From: Felis catus
Taxonomy: Eukaryota
NCBI RefSeq assembly: GCF_018350175.1
Contig: NC_058368.1
Location: forward strand, 221,900,001-221,964,000
DNA: 64,000 nucleotides
Reading direction: 5' to 3'
The translations under genes were made by a program, and so were the position numbers. Positions within the stretch are counted from its first letter, which is position 1, and each line of letters opens with the position of its first letter. Below are positions 60,831-64,000 of this stretch, piece after piece. The notes beneath the pieces were generated by a model. It searched no databases. It saw only the letters and a program-made list of their open reading frames with translations, and had not been told where the DNA came from.

Positions 60831-62084
60831 AATATGGTCATGGCCATTCAATGGTCACTGGGGTGATTTTCCTTGTTCATGAATGTAAAGGTAGCATTTT
60901 AAACTCTTATCTCAGACTCATCTCAACAACAAAAAAATTATTTTCCTATACAATAAACTCTACTTTCATTTTGAAACTTCTGATTCAGAAAAAAACACTG
61001 GAATTATTATTTGTAGAACTTGATACTTCAGTAACTAGGCTTACTTTGTGTGAATCAGCTCCTTAATTCCAGGAGCTCTACCCAGGCATAGGGAATAGTT
61101 GGTATCTTTGGTCTTTAAGTTTCTTGTTGAAAGAAAGGTGGATAAATATTATACTGAGTGTTTATGAAGAAGAGGTGTCTTGGTTCCTTACATTAGAATT
61201 AAACACAATGCTGCTTTGGAAAGAAATACAATCAACCTCAGACTAGTTCTTGCTATCATTATCATACTGGGGAAAAATGAAAGGGTGTTTCATTTCTAAA
61301 CTCATATGTTGAGTACAGAAAAAGAAAGGTGCTCAATAAAATATTTTATGGAGTGAAAATGAAAGTAAAATCAAGTGTCTAAACAGACAAGAGGAAACAA
61401 TTGTATGACATCTTACACAAAATAACATTTGTTAATATTCAAAGTATTCTTTTGTTTGATTTTTTGTTTACTATCTCCACAAAAACATAAGTATCACGAG
61501 GAAGGCAATTTTCTCTCTTATTAGCTTCTATGTAACCTATGCTGACAATATTGCTTTTTCTCCTAAGAAAGAAGAGTGAACTCAAGTGTTTGTAGTACAG
61601 AAAAGCATTATTTATTACTAAATAATTCCTAGAATAATGTAATTTAAGTAAACCCAAATTTGACTAAACTAAAATAATTATGGAATTATAGACATCAGGG
61701 AATATTTTAACCTAGAGTTACATTGTTGGCTTTAAAAATAACACATGAAAATACAATCAATTTAACAATATTGTATTTTTGATGATTCAGGGAAAAAATC
61801 TATGATTGAATGTGATCTTTCTGGAGACCAAAAAGTAGTACCAATATTGATAAGAGAAAAACATTATGCAATGTCTTAGTAACTGTACTTTACCTCCAAT
61901 GATCAAAATAAAATAGGTTTCGTGGGCGGGGTGGGGTGGGTGGAATCTTTAAAGGCAGGGTTTCTGGCCAATGATCTGTGACCTGAAGATACACAAAAGG
62001 ACTGAAGCAAAGTAAATGTTCTATCAATGATTTCTAAGCCAGTGATAGAAATTATGATTGAGAACTAAATGCAGAGACACTAAA

Positions 62085-62168
62085 GTTATTTCCCAGCTGT
62101 ACTGTCCCATGCTGTTACGTTCTGGGCAAACCACTTTAACTTTTTTGCCTAAATTTCTTTATAATTAA
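62085..62168 (+). mobile_element. MIR core fragment
   Basis: tctgggcaaaccactttaacttttttgcctaaatttcttt. Confidence 0.5.
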
Positions 62169-62492
62169 GGGACATTTCCTGATCTGAAAAAAAATGTCTT
62201 TGTGTACTGTTTTGTTTCGATTCTTGTAACACCCCTGAGGAGGGACAAAATGGGAGTCATTACAGGTTTACCAAAAATTTGCTTAGATTTCTGGTATTCA
62301 ACTTCATTTCTGCTGCTATGTGACTTTAAAGTCACTTCAAACCTTTCTACAATTTCCTTGCATTTAGTATTGTAACTCCTATCCATTCTTATACTAAAAG
62401 TTAGTGATTTGTAGCAATAATCTGAATCCGAAGCACACACGGCTGATGAGGATGCTATAACATCACCAAACATCTCTTCATAAGACCTTTGA

Positions 62493-62952
62493 GGGGTGCT
62501 GGGTGGTTCAGCAGGTTAAGCGCCTGACTCTTGATATCCGCTCAGGTTACAATCTCCTGGTCATGATCTTAAGGTCAAGGTATCATGCCCTGCATCAGGC
62601 TTCTGGCTGAGCATGGAGCCTGCTTGGGATTCTCTCCTTCCATCTCTCTCTCTCTCTCTCTGCCCCTCCCCTGCTCATGCACACACTCTCAAAAATAAAT
62701 AAAGTTAGGGGCATCTGGGTGGCTCAGTCAGTTAAACTTCTGACTTTTGCTCAGATCATGATCTCTCAGCTCGTGGGTTCAAGCCCAGCATTGGGCTTGG
62801 TGCTGACAGCTCAGAGTCTGGAGCCTGCTTTGGATTGTGTCTCCCAAAGTCTCTCTGCTCCTCCTCAGCTCATGCTCTGTCTCTCTCTCCCTCTGTCTCT
62901 CTCAAAAATAAACACTTAAAAAAACTAATAAAAATAAATAAACTTAAAAAAT
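62493..62952 (+). mobile_element. Older Can-SINE (outer) whose A tail hosts a second SINE
   Basis: TSD gacctttga (62484-62492 / 62953-62961). Confidence 0.9.
62708..62930 (+). mobile_element. Can-SINE (inner) nested in the tail of the previous SINE
   Basis: TSD aaaataaataaagtta (62692-62707) / aaaataaataaactta (62931-62946). Confidence 0.93.
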
Positions 62953-64000
62953 GACCTTTGAACTGCTGGTAGAATGTTCTTAAGAAATGAGTAAGTGACA
63001 CAGACCACTGATGTACATATTTCAAAATGTTTGCTGTTTGCTGTTCTTTTGACGAGGGCAACACGTAACAACCTATTTAGCAACAAGTGGCTGATATTGA
63101 GAACTGTCAGGTCTGAAGAAGGTCAGGCATTTTTTAAGAATCTCCACAATGATATTATTGCCTTCATCAAATTCTGCTGGAGCTCAGAAATTCACACAGC
63201 TGAGAACCTCTGATATTCTGATATTACTTGCTATCTAAAAGCTTCATCTCTCTCCACTGGAGTTTCAGAAGATTAAGTCTTAATGGTATGAATTGTATTA
63301 CTCACATTCCTATAAAGATATGAAATTTTGAAGAGTAATTTCACTGTCAATTTAATTACTTCTTCGAAGCTCATGCATTTCCAAGCAATTAAATTTAATT
63401 TTTAAAGATCTGTTTCCTTGGTCACTTTCTATGTAACGTGAAATCCCTGGAAAATCTTGGTAAATTTAAGGCTGAGCTCTGTTATTTTCTTAGATTGTTA
63501 AGAAATAGTTTATTCTCAGAATAAACAAAGTAGAAACTAAAATAATTTGTCTCAGAATTATTGCTTGTCATATTTATTCTAAACTGAAGAAGCTATAGAT
63601 ATACTTATTGTTGCCTTTTCTGTAACAAAACAAAACAGACCATATTTCTGTCTTTGTTTTCTTTTTCCTGTTATTCCATAAAATATTGTTTGGTCGTATT
63701 TATTTGTCTGTTCTCAACATAGGAATTTATAGACACAGAATAAAATTACTATAATTTTCTGAGCATCCTCATAATCCTATTATTGAATTCTGTCTCCTCA
63801 AGTGTTTTATGCAACAGGAAAAGCCAGTAATTATTACTGTCATTAATTATTACTTGCTTTCCTAAAAATAGAACCTAAGAACCTGAAATTTATTGGCTTA
63901 CGTTAAAACCTTCAGGGACTAATTTAGTTTGTTCCCTCACATAAGGAGGTGTTATGTCAGAAAAATTTACAGTAAAACCTTGGTTTCCAAGCATAATTCA

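Noticed and set aside
355..62952. tRNA-like A/B-box motifs (tggctcagtc, gttcgagccc)
   Set aside because: They are the tRNA-derived heads of Can-SINEs; there is no cloverleaf tRNA gene.
157..63213. Dozens of 60-150-aa ORFs in the supplied track
   Set aside because: Most are translations of Can-SINEs (GAWVAQSV.../SLEPASDSVSPSLS), microsatellites or L1 antisense strands. The rest resemble no protein I recognise.

Overview
AT-rich mammalian genomic DNA from a carnivore, most likely a cat (Felidae). The basis is about 24 tRNA-derived Can-SINEs of the SINEC_Fc/SINEC_b type and cat-type LINE-1 sequence. I can support no protein-coding gene, RNA gene or CRISPR-like array, so the window looks intergenic or deep-intronic. 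Nearly all ORFs in the supplied track are SINE, L1 or microsatellite by-products. The main feature is a full-length but inactivated ~6.8 kb L1 on the minus strand (44298-51098) with a 14-bp TSD. There are also a young 5'-truncated L1 inside an old MaLR LTR, older L1/L2/MIR debris, several LTR relics (MLT1, MER21, LTR16-like) and small DNA-transposon relics (MER5, MER3, MADE2). Observations worth a second look: three SINE-in-SINE nestings; two tight inverted SINE pairs; several perfect short hairpins suggestive of template switching; an enhancer-like motif cluster around a 23-bp palindrome; a long antisense ORF in the L1 5'UTR; and a few speculative exon candidates. I found no convincing new biological system. 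Repeat subfamily names come from remembered consensus sequences and need RepeatMasker/Dfam confirmation. Boundaries of old repeats are approximate.
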